NCBI GenBank assembly: GCA_000934665.2
Contig: KZ539058.1
Coordinates: 1 to 34,789, forward strand
Length of the DNA: 34,789 nt
Reading direction: 5' to 3'
Source of the DNA: Catajapyx aquilonaris
Taxonomy: Eukaryota
The translations under genes were made by a program, and so were the position numbers. Under the pieces are notes generated by a model. It was not told where the DNA came from. It ran no database searches and saw only the letters and a list, made by a program, of their open reading frames with translations. Numbering within the stretch: position 1 is the first letter of the stretch; each line of letters starts with the position of its first letter. Shown here piece by piece: positions 23,331 through 34,747 of this stretch.

Positions 23331-24089
23331 CGACGGGCTAGTCAGTATCGTTACAATATTGGTTGATCAAAAAGTACCACCTCCGGAATCGGTACATCGG
23401 TGTCTTATAACACCAGGCCCATTCCGAGCCTCTAGTGAAGCAGAAAGTAAACCCAATATCACCTGTTCAACTGATTTTAATGATTTTTTCCCCCCCCCAG
23501 CACCCTCCTACTGTTCTTCCATTTTATCCGGATGTTTGCGCCTGCCCCGTGTTTATCCTACCCTCGTGCGAGCATCACGCCCACTTGTCGGCTCACATCT
23601 GCGATCCTTTGAAGCTCTTCCGCCTCAATAAAGAGGAGGCCTCCCCCTAAGCACCTTCTCCAAATCTAGGGGAAAACCTCAATATGGCACGGCCTTATCT
23701 AGAGCCTTATAAGTGCTTAAGTCGCGATTACCACCAAATTTTCCCTGGCTGAACACACACCCAGATCTGATTTATTTGTACTCAGAAATTGATTGCTAGT
23801 TTGCTGTGGGGGGGGGGGGGGGGCNNNNNNNNNGCTCCCAGCAGCTTTGAGAGATATGATTGAACAGCCGATTGTTTGATAAGCTGTCAACAAGCGCTAC
23901 CAGATGGGTTATTGTGAGAGCGGGCCCTCTTAGGAAAGAGATTTATGAGTTTTACACGCACATTGTTATAACAATGGGAAATAATCGGTGGATAATTGAG
24001 CTGTAATGATCGAGGCGGATTTATTGTTTCTAAAGTGCTGATAAAGGATTGCAAGAACTAATTTTGCGCCCCTTTTTATAGAGAAAATT

Positions 24090-24605
24090 GCACTGTAAAT
24101 CATGTACCGACTTGAAGGTGGTATTTTGTGATAAACAAGTACCGTCTACAGTACTGAAGTATAGACAGCCCGTGGTTCAGATGTACCGACTTGAAAATGC
24201 TACATCACTATGTACCGATTCGTGTACCGACTTGGAGGTGGTATTTTGTGATCAACATATACCGTATATGAGTACCGGTACTGACTTGTAGACGGTATTT
24301 GATGTCCAAGACGGGTATACATGAATCGGTACATCGTGATGTATCATTTTCAAGTCAGTACATTTGAACTATACGGACTGTTTACAAGTCAGTACCGTAG
24401 ACGGTATCTCTATCAATGGATGTGCTGACTTGAAAATGGTACATTACGATGTACTGATTCGTGTACCGACGGGACGTATATTTTGTGATAAACAAGTACC
24501 GTCTACCAGTACTGACTTGTACATGGTATCTAAGTCGGTACATCGTGATGTACCATTTCCAAGTCAGTACATCTAACGTTGTGCTGTCTGCAAGTCAGTA
24601 CTGTA
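24090..24605. mobile_element. Foldback repeat family A (CACTGTAA terminus; GTACCGACTTG/GTACTGACTTG subrepeats), copy 1
   Basis: Starts CACTGTAAATCATGTACCGACTTG; contains both orientations of the core; shared with 28039-28385, 29764-30061 and 34748-34789. Confidence 0.8.
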
Positions 24606-25803
24606 GCCGGTCTCTGTGCCAAAATAATTAAGAATAATGCCAATAGAGCATAGGTTTCGAGTCGGAGCTGGCTCTAGGAATAGCTATAGAGAGAAAAAAT
24701 AGGTGGTGCGGGCCATTTGGGCGGCTAATTATTCTTTTTACGAGCGCCATCCGCCATTGAAGGAAAGGCGAGCAGTTTGGAAGGAATGGATCTGGTAGGA
24801 CATTAAGGAAAGAGGTGGGGGGTTGGAAGTAGAGAAATTCGGAAGGGGGGGGGGGGGAGACCATAGCAATTCCGACCCAAAGAGTTGGCCACAAGGGACT
24901 GCGGCCATCACGACCCTTCCTCCGCATTAATCGCCTACCCTGGATCAGTCAAAAAAGAAAAAAGAGAGGAAAATGGGTGGNCCCTGCCTAACCCACACGA
25001 CCCAATAAAAGAGAAGGAAGGTTTGATGGAAAGGAGCAATAAGTGAAAATCTCGGGGAAGGGGGCCTTGCCCGGATGGGTTACGGCCCCTCATCCGTCTT
25101 GCTCCGGGGGTACTTTGGAAGTTGCCTGTGGGGATTTGGCCCCGGAGAAGAGAAGGAAACGCACCTCACTTTGGAAGAATTTTTTTCTATCCAAAAAAAA
25201 AAGGCCGATGGTGTTCCCCCCTCCCCCCCCTTCCCCCCATGATATGGCTGTCGCTCAGGGAAAGTTCAACGAGAATGTCAGAACAGAAACGAGTTTTATT
25301 AACTGGATGATATCCCCTAAATTTGAGACTAACTGCATCAATTTGGATTTGGAGTGAGTGATTTAGTTCATCATAGACTATTGTTCATTTCGGGAGGCTA
25401 ATCTCCAAAATTTTGAACCGGAAATATTAAGCCCAATCGGTTTAACAGTGGTTACTGGGAGGTAACTATATAACTGGACGGTGTTATGCAATAATGTGTC
25501 AACCCACAAAAAATGTCAAAATTGAGTTAAGCCCAGGAACTTATACCCAAAGGATCATACTTCATTATGTTAAAATCAATCTGGCAAAATCTGCATACTT
25601 CTGCCATAAATGATCGAAAATGACACTGAATTAATTTCACAGGTGTGCTGGCATTCAAAGCCCTTTTTTCTCAAAACTGTTCTGATGTGGGTTGACTTAT
25701 TATTGCATAATACCGTCCAACTGACACTCCTACTCCAGCCTTATGGAGACCCACCGTTCTTCCGAACTGTTAGGGAGTGGGGTTGCCCCTTCGGCGCTGG
25801 TAT

Positions 25804-25985
25804 ACACTGCAAATCATTAAAAAGAGCACCACCCATAGAAAAACAATTTTAATGCTCTTGTGATGCTCTTGTAAGGTGTTTTATGCTTTTTAGCAACAAA
25901 AAACATCAAGAGAGCATCAGATCATCAAAGATGGTTTTTCTATGGGTGCTCTTTTAATGCTTGTGGCGCTTTGCGGTTTACAGTG
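25804..25985. mobile_element. MITE with CACTG termini and an inner foldback
   Basis: TA|CACTGCAAA...TTTACAGTG|TA; inner inverted pairs CATTAAAAAGAGCACC/GGTGCTCTTTTAATG and CACCCATAGAAAAAC/GTTTTTCTATGGGTG. Confidence 0.7.
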
Positions 25986-26767
25986 TAGTGGGCTGATGAC
26001 TGACACTCCTACCCAAGCCTTATGGAGGAGACCCACTAAGCTGACGGAACCTGTGGGGTTGCCGCTTCGGCGCTGGTGTAGTTCTCATGGCTTTGATCAT
26101 GTGTGAGCGTATCAATTCTGATTGTTGCCAAATATTAGTCACAAGCTTTACACACTTCAGCTCAGCATGGGGCAGCCCCCTAATTCTATAGAAATTCGCT
26201 TAAGAGGCACAATTTTTTCCAGTTTTTTACCCCCCAGATTCATAAAAAGGCCTCGTGGTGGTCCCCCACGCCATTTCCTTTCCTTCCTTCCTTCCTTCCT
26301 TCCTTGTGCTTTCCACCCCCCTTGTCCACATCGATCGTGAAGAATCTCGGCTTCCTTTCCGCTGGGCGATGGGTTGGGGGGGGGGGGAAGGAGGGGGGAT
26401 ATAAAAAAAGAGGGAAAGAAGGAAGGGGATTGGATTCAGATCGTAGGGAATTCGCCAAGAAAAGTGCCCCCATTGCACCCTCTCCCTCTCTCTCTAAGCC
26501 AGTTCCCGCGCTTTCTCACTCTGGGCCTTATTTTATGCAGCACGAGGCTTCGATTCTTGAACATTTCAACAATACAGGGTGTTTCGTAATGGTGTAGACA
26601 AAGTTCTACAGTCAGTTCGTGGGAACAACAGGATCATTTTATGTATATAGAGGAATCATGTGTGGCATACGAAGTCTCGTTACTACTGAACGATCCGATG
26701 AAACAATGCTACTACAATCGGAAATTTTTAAACAGTTATAAAATTAAAACTGAATTCTACAAGTTCA

Positions 26768-26983
26768 TTTTAATTAAAAAGCAACGTGGAGGAATATGCC
26801 AAAAATAGTTTGTACTTATTCAGTAACGTCTGAAGAACGTTACTTTATAAGTAGGCTGCACGTCTGAAGAACGTTACTGAATAATTAGTCTACGCATCTG
26901 AAGAACGTCATAGATTCCGAAGACGTTACTGAAAAAGTACAAAATATTTTGGCACATTCTTCCGCGTGGCTTTTTAATTAAAA
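26768..26983. mobile_element. Foldback element with about 60-bp inverted arms and internal tandem CGTCTGAAGAACGTTACT
   Basis: TTTTAATTAAAAAGCAACGTGGAGGAATATGCCAAAA...CAGTAACGTC vs GACGTTACTG...TTTTGGCACATTCTTCCGCGTGGCTTTTTAATTAAAA. Confidence 0.72.
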
Positions 26984-27859
26984 CCAACTGTTACATGACT
27001 GCTGGGAAATCATCAAAACCACTAATGCTTCCCAGTCATCTCAGATGTTTGTCTGAATAATTAGTAAGGAAATGATCAGCAAAAATTAAAGGAAAAAAAT
27101 TCAAAATTGGGAGTAAATCAACCGTGTTATGGCCTCTTCCCATATATGAAAGGTAGTATTAGTTACGGTATTTTGAGGATCACTGATTCCCAAAAATGCA
27201 TAAATTATGTAACAAAAAAAGTTTGGTCCGATTGACCCCCTCCCCCTCTCATCCAACAAAGTGATTGGTTTTAAAACGTTCGTAAATAAATTAAGAGGTG
27301 CGATTGGGTGATGTAATTAATCAGTCACCGTCCATTGGGTTTTTTAGGTCGTCCTGTGAATGGTTGGCAGCACTTAGTGTCGTTAAAAATTGCGCACAAT
27401 TTCATGGTAATGGACGTATCTGTCGCGATAATTGTGGCCCCATGTGGCCGGGTGTGCGTACTGATTTTTAAAGAGGGGGGGGGGGAGGACATGCGTCCGG
27501 TAATCAAATATTGGCCTCTCATTTGCATTGATGTTTAATGTACATGTTATTTAATGTCAGAATACGTAAGCGGGGGCTAAAATATTCAGTGGTGAGAGTA
27601 ATCCGATTGGCCCTCTAATATTTAACGTATAGGCTCCAGCTATATACTAGTGGCGATGTAAAAGGCTTTAGATCGCTGCGTGATCTCCTAGTTAATCAGA
27701 TAATAGGCCCGAATGATGTAATGCGGAAGGTAAAAACCCGTAATTGCGTCATTAACATGGCTCGCTGTGTTTAGACGATTAGGCCTGTATAAATATGTAA
27801 AAAAAATCCATTACTTTACAAGTAGCGCAAAATATTGTGCTGTAATATGCGAATAAAAA

Positions 27860-27995
27860 AATCATAAAATTTGGGTATTTACACAGACTTTGAAAAAGTG
27901 CAGTTTTCGGACTTTTCCCTCAATTACGGACCGGTTTGCCATTAGTGTGCCAGGTTTCAGCACTCTCAGGTGTCTGAAAGTGGGTTAGGTTGCCG
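27860..27995 (-). repeat. Interspersed repeat family B (ACCTAACCCACTTTCA...GAAAC[CT]TGGCACA)
   Basis: Reverse-complement match to 33632-33745; shorter copies at about 18892-18937 (+) and 21257-21304 (-). Confidence 0.7.
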
Positions 27996-28038
27996 GTACA
28001 AACTTTCCTCCTTATAAAAAATATAGAGATGACGACTG

Positions 28039-28385
28039 CACTGTAATTCATGTACCGACTTGGAGGTTGGTATTTTGTGATCAACAAAAATTGTTTAGAA
28101 ATCAGTACTGTACATGGGATATGACTTAGATTATTTCATATAAATCGCAATAAGCTACTGACTTGTAGACAGCCCATCGTTCAGATGTACTGACTTGAAA
28201 ATGGTACCTCAACATGTACCGATTCATGTACCGACTTGGAGGTTGTATTTTGTGATCAACAAAAACCGTCTCCTATATAGACGTATATGACGTCCAAGTC
28301 GGTACATGAATCGGTACATGGTGATGTACCATTTTCAAGTCAGTACATCTAAACGATGGTCTGTATACAAGTCAGTAGCTTATTG
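28039..28385. mobile_element. Foldback repeat family A, copy 2
   Basis: CACTGTAATTCATGTACCGACTTGG start; about 93-bp inverted arms at 28148-28240 and 28293-28385. Confidence 0.82.
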
Positions 28386-29526
28386 GGATTCATATAAAAT
28401 AATGGGTAGGACACACAAATTTGGTTATAAATTGAGGTTAACATCCATCGACGGACCTTCAAACAAATTGGCTTCTGAGGACCAATTGTTGTAAGCCTTT
28501 GTTTGCGCCCCCCTTCTGCCTTCATAATGAATTTTCCAATCGCCCTCTTATGGCTCTCCGATTACAAACTGAGGCCCGCCAGAGTCCTATCAGTCGGCTC
28601 CTGATATGAACATCGGGGCCCCATCCTTTGGGGTTTATCCTCTTCCCCCCCCTTGGGGTCACGGATATCAATCCAGTCCAAAAGGTACAGTTGGTGGAGA
28701 GGGAACAGGGGGGTGGGGGGTGGGGGAGAAACAAATGGCACTTTAAACACGGGCAATAACACGATCATCACTTGGATTCGGTTCCCTCTCCCATTCCAGG
28801 CTGGTGTATATACTAGGGGGGTGGCACTAAATCCCAGCCAATGCATTATTAATATGGATGTCCCCCAGGGTGGTTCCCTCGGGATCACTTGCGCTGGCGC
28901 GGCCGTTGCTCCTACTCCTCCCTAGGGAGCGTCCTTAACGAAATGAGTTGTCAACTGGTCGCCATTTCGGGGGTCCCTGAGCGACATTCCCCCCCTACCT
29001 ACCCACCCTCCTCGACGCCTGATGGACGGGCTGCTGGGCACCCGATTAATTGACCTGCTCCCCAAAACCCAGCCATATCCATCCACGATTCTCGACATCA
29101 GGGTGGGGGAGAGGTCACATAAAAATTCTGACAATTTTTTGGTCACTTAAAAATGTGGAATGTCCAATTTGAGGGGCAATGCCAGTCCAGGTGACAAAAC
29201 ACTTTGTCCCACATTAAATCGGGGGGGCCAAAGACAAATGAAGATGGGCTTACAATTTCATGGCCCTCCCTTCCTTTTCTCTCGGACTAATCTCAGCAAC
29301 AGGCCGAACCTCCCCAGCACCTATACCTCCTTTTTCCCAAAAAAGCTGGAATTTCCCTCGAGACGTATCTTTCGGATCCGAGTCGCTGCTCCGGGACTTT
29401 GCCTATATCTCTTTCTTTGGCACCCTCCCGAAAAATGTGGGACGCAGACACCATTAGGAAGAATAGGTTTCGATATACAAGGATGTGTGAGCCGAGTTCT
29501 GAAACATACGGTTTTTTTCAACTGAC

Positions 29527-29724
29527 CTGTTAATGGAGCTGACACTTGGCACGTTGTCCTGCGTGCAGATTCCTTCGGCTAGTAACCGATCTCGGATCTC
29601 CCATGCGAACATGGTCGGATTCTCTCTCTTGTAGTTGGCGATGGCATCCACCACAGGAGGAGTCGCCACCTTGGGTTTGCTGCCGCCAATCACGCCAGCT
29701 TTGAAGCTCCCAGTCTCGTAGTAC
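29527..29724 (-). CDS. sv: Pax2/5/8 (shaven/D-Pax2 type) coding exon: paired-domain linker + RED subdomain (canonical 'exon 3b')
   Basis: Translates (R)[65 protein letters not shown](R), the C-terminal half of a Pax2/5/8 paired domain; [16 protein letters not shown] is the Drosophila shaven type. Acceptor TTCTTGTTCCAG|G with CCTAAC branch-like motif, donor AACAG|GTCAGT; 198 nt, phase 2-2. Confidence 0.97.
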
Positions 29725-29763
29725 CTGGAACAAGAATGACAGAATTGTTAGGAAAAAATGTCT

Positions 29764-30061
29764 ACAAACAGTTCATCGTTCAGATGTACTGAGGTGAAAA
29801 TGGTACATCACGATGTACCGATTCATGTACCGACTTGGACGTCAACAGTAGGCTATACTGTATTGTAGACAGCCCATCGTTCAGATGTACTGACTTTAAC
29901 GTCAAATACCGTCTACAAGTCAGTACTTGTTAATCACAAAATACCAAGTCGGTACATGAATCGGTACATCAAGTCAGTACATCTAAACGATTGGCTGTCT
30001 ACAAGTCAGTACTACGTTTGTCACAAAGTACTACCTCCAAGTCGGTACATGATTTACAGTG
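29764..30061. mobile_element. Foldback repeat family A, copy 3 (between the two paired-domain exons)
   Basis: Ends CCAAGTCGGTACATGATTTACAGTG, the reverse complement of the family terminus; internal inverted core copies. Confidence 0.82.
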
Positions 30062-30322
30062 TAAGCATGCTTCATGAATGCATATACAGATGATTTAAGA
30101 GCCTATGACTAACTCGGGTCCCGTTTTTGGCAGGGGCACACTTAAAAAAATGTTTCTGCGTGCTCTTGGTTGGAGGAACATCTAACGATCGTGCAACGTT
30201 TGCCAAGTCCATGGATCATAAACTGCGACCTATTTTCCTGTAGAATTGCATCGCTAATGTAACGTCAACCTCAAAAAAGCAATGTGGATGGTAAGCGGCC
30301 CCAGGGAAGGGGGAAAACACAC

Positions 30323-30547
30323 CTGGGGACGGGGGCGGCCCGGGTGTCCGTCTGCCCCCAAGCAGCAGCCACGAGGGCCGCAGCATCAGGGGCTGGGCAA
30401 GAAGTGGAAGAAGGGCTGATGTAGGATCCCGCACCTTCTACTGTCTCAAGGGCTGGGGTGATATTGGTGGTGGTGGTGATGGTGGTTGTGGTTGGGTTGC
30501 AGGGGCCGCTCACCAGCCCAGGGCGGACCGACCCCGTCTCATAATAT
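30323..30547 (-). CDS. sv: Putative alternative duplicated paired-domain exon ('exon 3a') lacking the RED helices
   Basis: Long polypyrimidine acceptor TTCTGTCTCTGTATCCCTTCAG|A, then YYETGSVRPGLVSG... in the same phase as exon 3b; open for 74 codons to donor CCCAG|GTGTGT; 225 nt, phase 2-2. The 3' boundary is less certain than the 5' boundary. Confidence 0.68.
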
Positions 30548-33500
30548 CTGAAGGGATACAGAGACAGAATAGGTTGGCAAGAGAGGACAATAAAGGAAAG
30601 GTTGGAAATACACATACCTCATTAGCACCCAGCATATCAATCTACATGATTAATAAGAGTTGGACTCTTGCAGAGTGCATTAGGCCTTATTGCTTCTGAC
30701 AAGTGCATTATCTCAATATTGGCTGATCCACATGGGGGGTATCTTGTGGTTAGAGGGAGAGTAAAGTGCCGCATGGAGCTCACCCAAAAGAGCTAATGCC
30801 GTTAATGTGAGGGGAGAGCTCCCTAAAAAAAAAAAATCTATCGAAAAGTTAAAGCATGAGTTGACAATGGAGCTCTCAGCTCCCTTCTAAAAAAAACGCC
30901 ATTTAATCTTTTATTGTCCAACAATACCCCCACTAAAAGTTGACATCGATCCCCATTTATTGTTTGAAAAGAAGAGTGCATCAGTTAGATTTTCATCCCT
31001 AGAATCAATCATTGGAACGACCTAAGCGCCATCTCCTCCATGCGGGCTAGAGAATCATCCCGGGACCCAACCCGCCTCGGTCGATCAGCCCCGGAACATT
31101 CCAGGAATTGGGGGGAGTTTCATCCCGATCCGGATTGGCTTATCCAGGGCCAAATGACTAGATTCTCCGGCATCCTTTTTTTATGTTGGCGTCGTTCCCG
31201 GTATCTTTTTCTAAGACGCTCAGAGTCCAATTTGCAGAAGCTGAGGACCCATAAGTATGCAAGAAATCCGCGGAATTTATCGCGTCCCGGATAATATTTG
31301 GGAGGGTACCCGAGTTTTTTTGGGGCCTTTTTTTAACGAGTGGAAAGGGGGTGAAATTAGGCTTCCGGTGTGTCTAAGAGAGGCATAAATTGCAAAGGAG
31401 CCTCTTTATTTTCACTAGTTTTTTTTTTCCTCAGCTCCTTTTGCTCATGTTTCTCTCCCACACTGCAGCGTGATAACACTTCCTCAGCATTAGTCAGCTA
31501 CCCATAAATAAAGATGAATACTCCATTACGTTATACACAAGAGGTTAACTCAGTTTTCCTCTGCTTTTAGGTGCTTGCGAATTTTTTTAAAATAAAAAAA
31601 AGTGTTGTTGCTGTTACAGGTCTCTCTGGAGGAAAAGTCTTTTGCAAGTGTGTGCGATGAAATGAGGGCGAGAGAAATTAGGTTAACAATTTTCTGACGT
31701 CGTCGGCTCAGTTGACGTGTTAACTATTAATTTTCAGGAAGGTGCACAGTGACTTAGACTATGTGTCTTAATGGTAGGAAGTTGACATTTTAGGCAGCGA
31801 AAATACTGTGCCAACTCCAAGTGAAATGAATTTCAGCTCGCTTTGGTTGACTTTTCTACATTGCCAGTACATTTTGGCCTTGTCTTGTGCCACGTTCTGC
31901 CACACCCTGTATATTGACACGACTCCGGTGCTCCCGTCCCCCAAACAATTCCGGGCCCATCAATATCAAGCTCTGTCTTTTCCAGCTGCCGTCTCGTCAA
32001 CAAGTGCCTTTCCTTTATCCCTTGCGACAGTTGCCAATCGGGAACCCGCCAGAGGAAACCGAGGTGGTGGGCGTCAAACCAGGGGCGAACACAGGGGCCG
32101 TGTCTGGGCCTTGAGAACAAAGGGCTTCTTTTTACCTCGCCGGCTTTCTGGTGAAAGGGGGGCACACACACTGGCGGGTTTGCTCCTAAACAAACTGGGG
32201 GTCCCCCCTGTGATTAATGAGACCCAACCTGCGTAGCAACCAGTGTCGGCAGGAACGTCTCATTAACTTTCATTATGCGCGGGGACAAGACGAAGAAGCA
32301 GAAGACGAAGAGGCCAGGTTGCCTCTCTCCAACATTGCTCTTCTTCCCTTTCAAACAGACCAAACTGCCAAGGCATACCCTCCTCAAGGTGAAGATTGGC
32401 CCATTAGGAACGGGTGGATACCAACTTGGCAAAAGATGTGGAGGAATGGTGGGGGGGGGGGGGTGTTGAACAAGGCAACACACTCATTTCATGACTCAAT
32501 GGAGGCATTTGGCGGATGATTTTTTTGAAATGCCATTTTCCTGTTGAGACACTGCCAAAAATTATATCTAAATTGTGCGGGTTGCATCAAAAACAGATTG
32601 TCAACTGGACCTTACAAAGAGTGCAACAAACGTGGTGAGGCCCGTACTTTTAGCTCACCACCTAACTTCATGTGTTACACCACTTTATTATACAAGTGCA
32701 ATCCCCTCAACCGCACTTAAAATGTGTATGTTCTACACATGACATCTCTACTATGCTGTACCAAATCTGCATAGCTACTTACAACCATACCTTGACAAAA
32801 TTTGAAACTTACATATCCAGCCTCTTAGCCGATGTGCTTCGAAAACGAAGTTATGATAGTGCACAAAGAAAACGTTTTCTGTGGAAATGCCGAGGTAATT
32901 TAGCGTTTAGACGTTAGTCGACGACATGATTGCAAAAGTGCCTTGAGCAGGTACCTCTAAAGTGGTGTAAGGGCATGTGGTAAAATGGTGTGTTGGAAGC
33001 TGAGTTAGCAACACTATAAAAAAAGGAGAAGAAAGGAGGAAAAAAAGAGCTCTCTCTCTCTGGAGAGAGAGAGAGGCCTGGCCACAGAGATATAGAGCTG
33101 GGGGCAGACATGCCTACTAGCAGAGAACCACGGGATCGATTGCGGCCATGCACTCGCATATGACGTAACGGAAGCACCATTGTGGGGACCAACTGCGGGC
33201 AGAGGGGGATGGTGGGGATGGGGGACAAAAAAGGGGAGGACTATGGACAGAGGAAACTGCCAAATGGCCTCCTGCCGCCAGCATCCGAATTACGAATCTG
33301 CACCTTAAGTCCACGGACGCAACGACATAGTCAACAATGCGGATATTGCATAAAACATGTCCTAAGTGTACAGGATAACTGATAGCACTGAAGCTATGAG
33401 TAGGTCATTATCAAAACCAGGCTATATGTTGTCAAATTCCTGGTTGCATGCATTAACCCAACATATGTATAAAGCAGAAAGTTTGTTGGTATAGTACGTG

Positions 33501-33631
33501 AATAATTCCGGGGTTGCTTCCGTATAATAGGCCACAGCCGCTTCCTTCCTTCCCTATCCTTGGAGGTTGAAAGGCAATGCTGGGCCAACCTCCTTAAATA
33601 TATCAATTACAAAGGTATAGTACGTCACGGT

Positions 33632-33745
33632 CACCTAACCCACTTTCAGAGTATTGAGAGTATGAAACTTGGCACATACTGATTTCGAGAAAAGTCTGAA
33701 AACTGCACTTTTTTGGATTCTAAATACTCAAAATTTAGGATTTTT
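33632..33745 (+). repeat. Interspersed repeat family B copy
   Basis: CACCTAACCCACTTTCAGA...GAAACTTGGCACA...GAAAAGTCTGAAAACTGCACTTTTT; inverted relative to 27860-27995. Confidence 0.7.
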
Positions 33746-34747
33746 AAAAATGACCTTTAGAAGAACGGATCCCATGCTAGTTTCTAATATACAGTATGGA
33801 ACATTTTCACCTCGTGTCCGGGCACCTGGGCCGTGAAAAGTCTCACTAAATCATTCTGAATTTCCTGTTTTCCGAAGAAGTTTTCTTGTGCAAATTCCAC
33901 ACAAAAATACAGTTACGTAAAATCCAAAAAAATTCAGCCCAAACTTTGATCATTCTACTAGAAAAAAACAAGTCATCAGCAACATCTGGGGTTATTTCAT
34001 GACGCGTGACGAGTCTCGCCTGTGAGAAGAACCGCGTCTTTTTGACTTGATGACTTGATCCGATCTGCCGGCACCATCTTTGTCGACAGTCATTAAGGGA
34101 AAAGTGTCTTCCCCCACCTTAGGAGTCCCCATCGGCAGATGTCTCTGGTAGATTACGAGTGATAAATAAGAGGTCGTGTACAAAGACAGTGGTTCAGACC
34201 CTGCAAATGTTGCGTCAACTCCTGCTTTGATTTGGCTGACACCATGTGCAATTTCGGCGTTGTCACATGTATGGGGGGGCCAGCAACACCCAAGCATGTT
34301 ATGTATATAACGGTGGCCAATATACCGCATATGTGCAATTCTCGCTCTGGTATTGAGCCGCGCGACCCGTTCGAATGCAATTTATATGGTGCATTACCCG
34401 CCATAATAACACCATTAGCAGGAATTTGTGCCATTTTTGGTCGCGGCCAGATTACTTTTCATTGCGTGCATGTATAGCCCCCCCCCCNCCCCCCCCCCCC
34501 CTGCACTCACTTTTCGCACCGAGTTTTGCAGTAGCCAAGCTGGCGGTCGGTCCTAACTGTGACCCAGGTCTTTCGGGGGGGTCCTGCTTATTGCGGAAAC
34601 AGTGTAATTGATATTTTTGTGGTCACTAGGTGGAAACGAACTTTTGCAGAAATTAGAAGGAAACTGTCTTACATATAATATACGCTTGAGTAAAAAAATA
34701 AAATTATAATTGTTGAGCACAGACCGATTCCGGAGGTGTTATTTGCA

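Noticed and set aside
24088..24576. ORFs within repeat family A as transposase or repeat protein
   Set aside because: Short, with no DDE or other motif; a by-product of the subrepeats.
34215..34250. Minus-strand HGVSQI resembling the paired-domain HGCVSKI of the missing PAI exon
   Set aside because: Lacks the Cys codon, the surrounding RPCDISRQL and VNQLGG motifs and a suitable donor; chance similarity.
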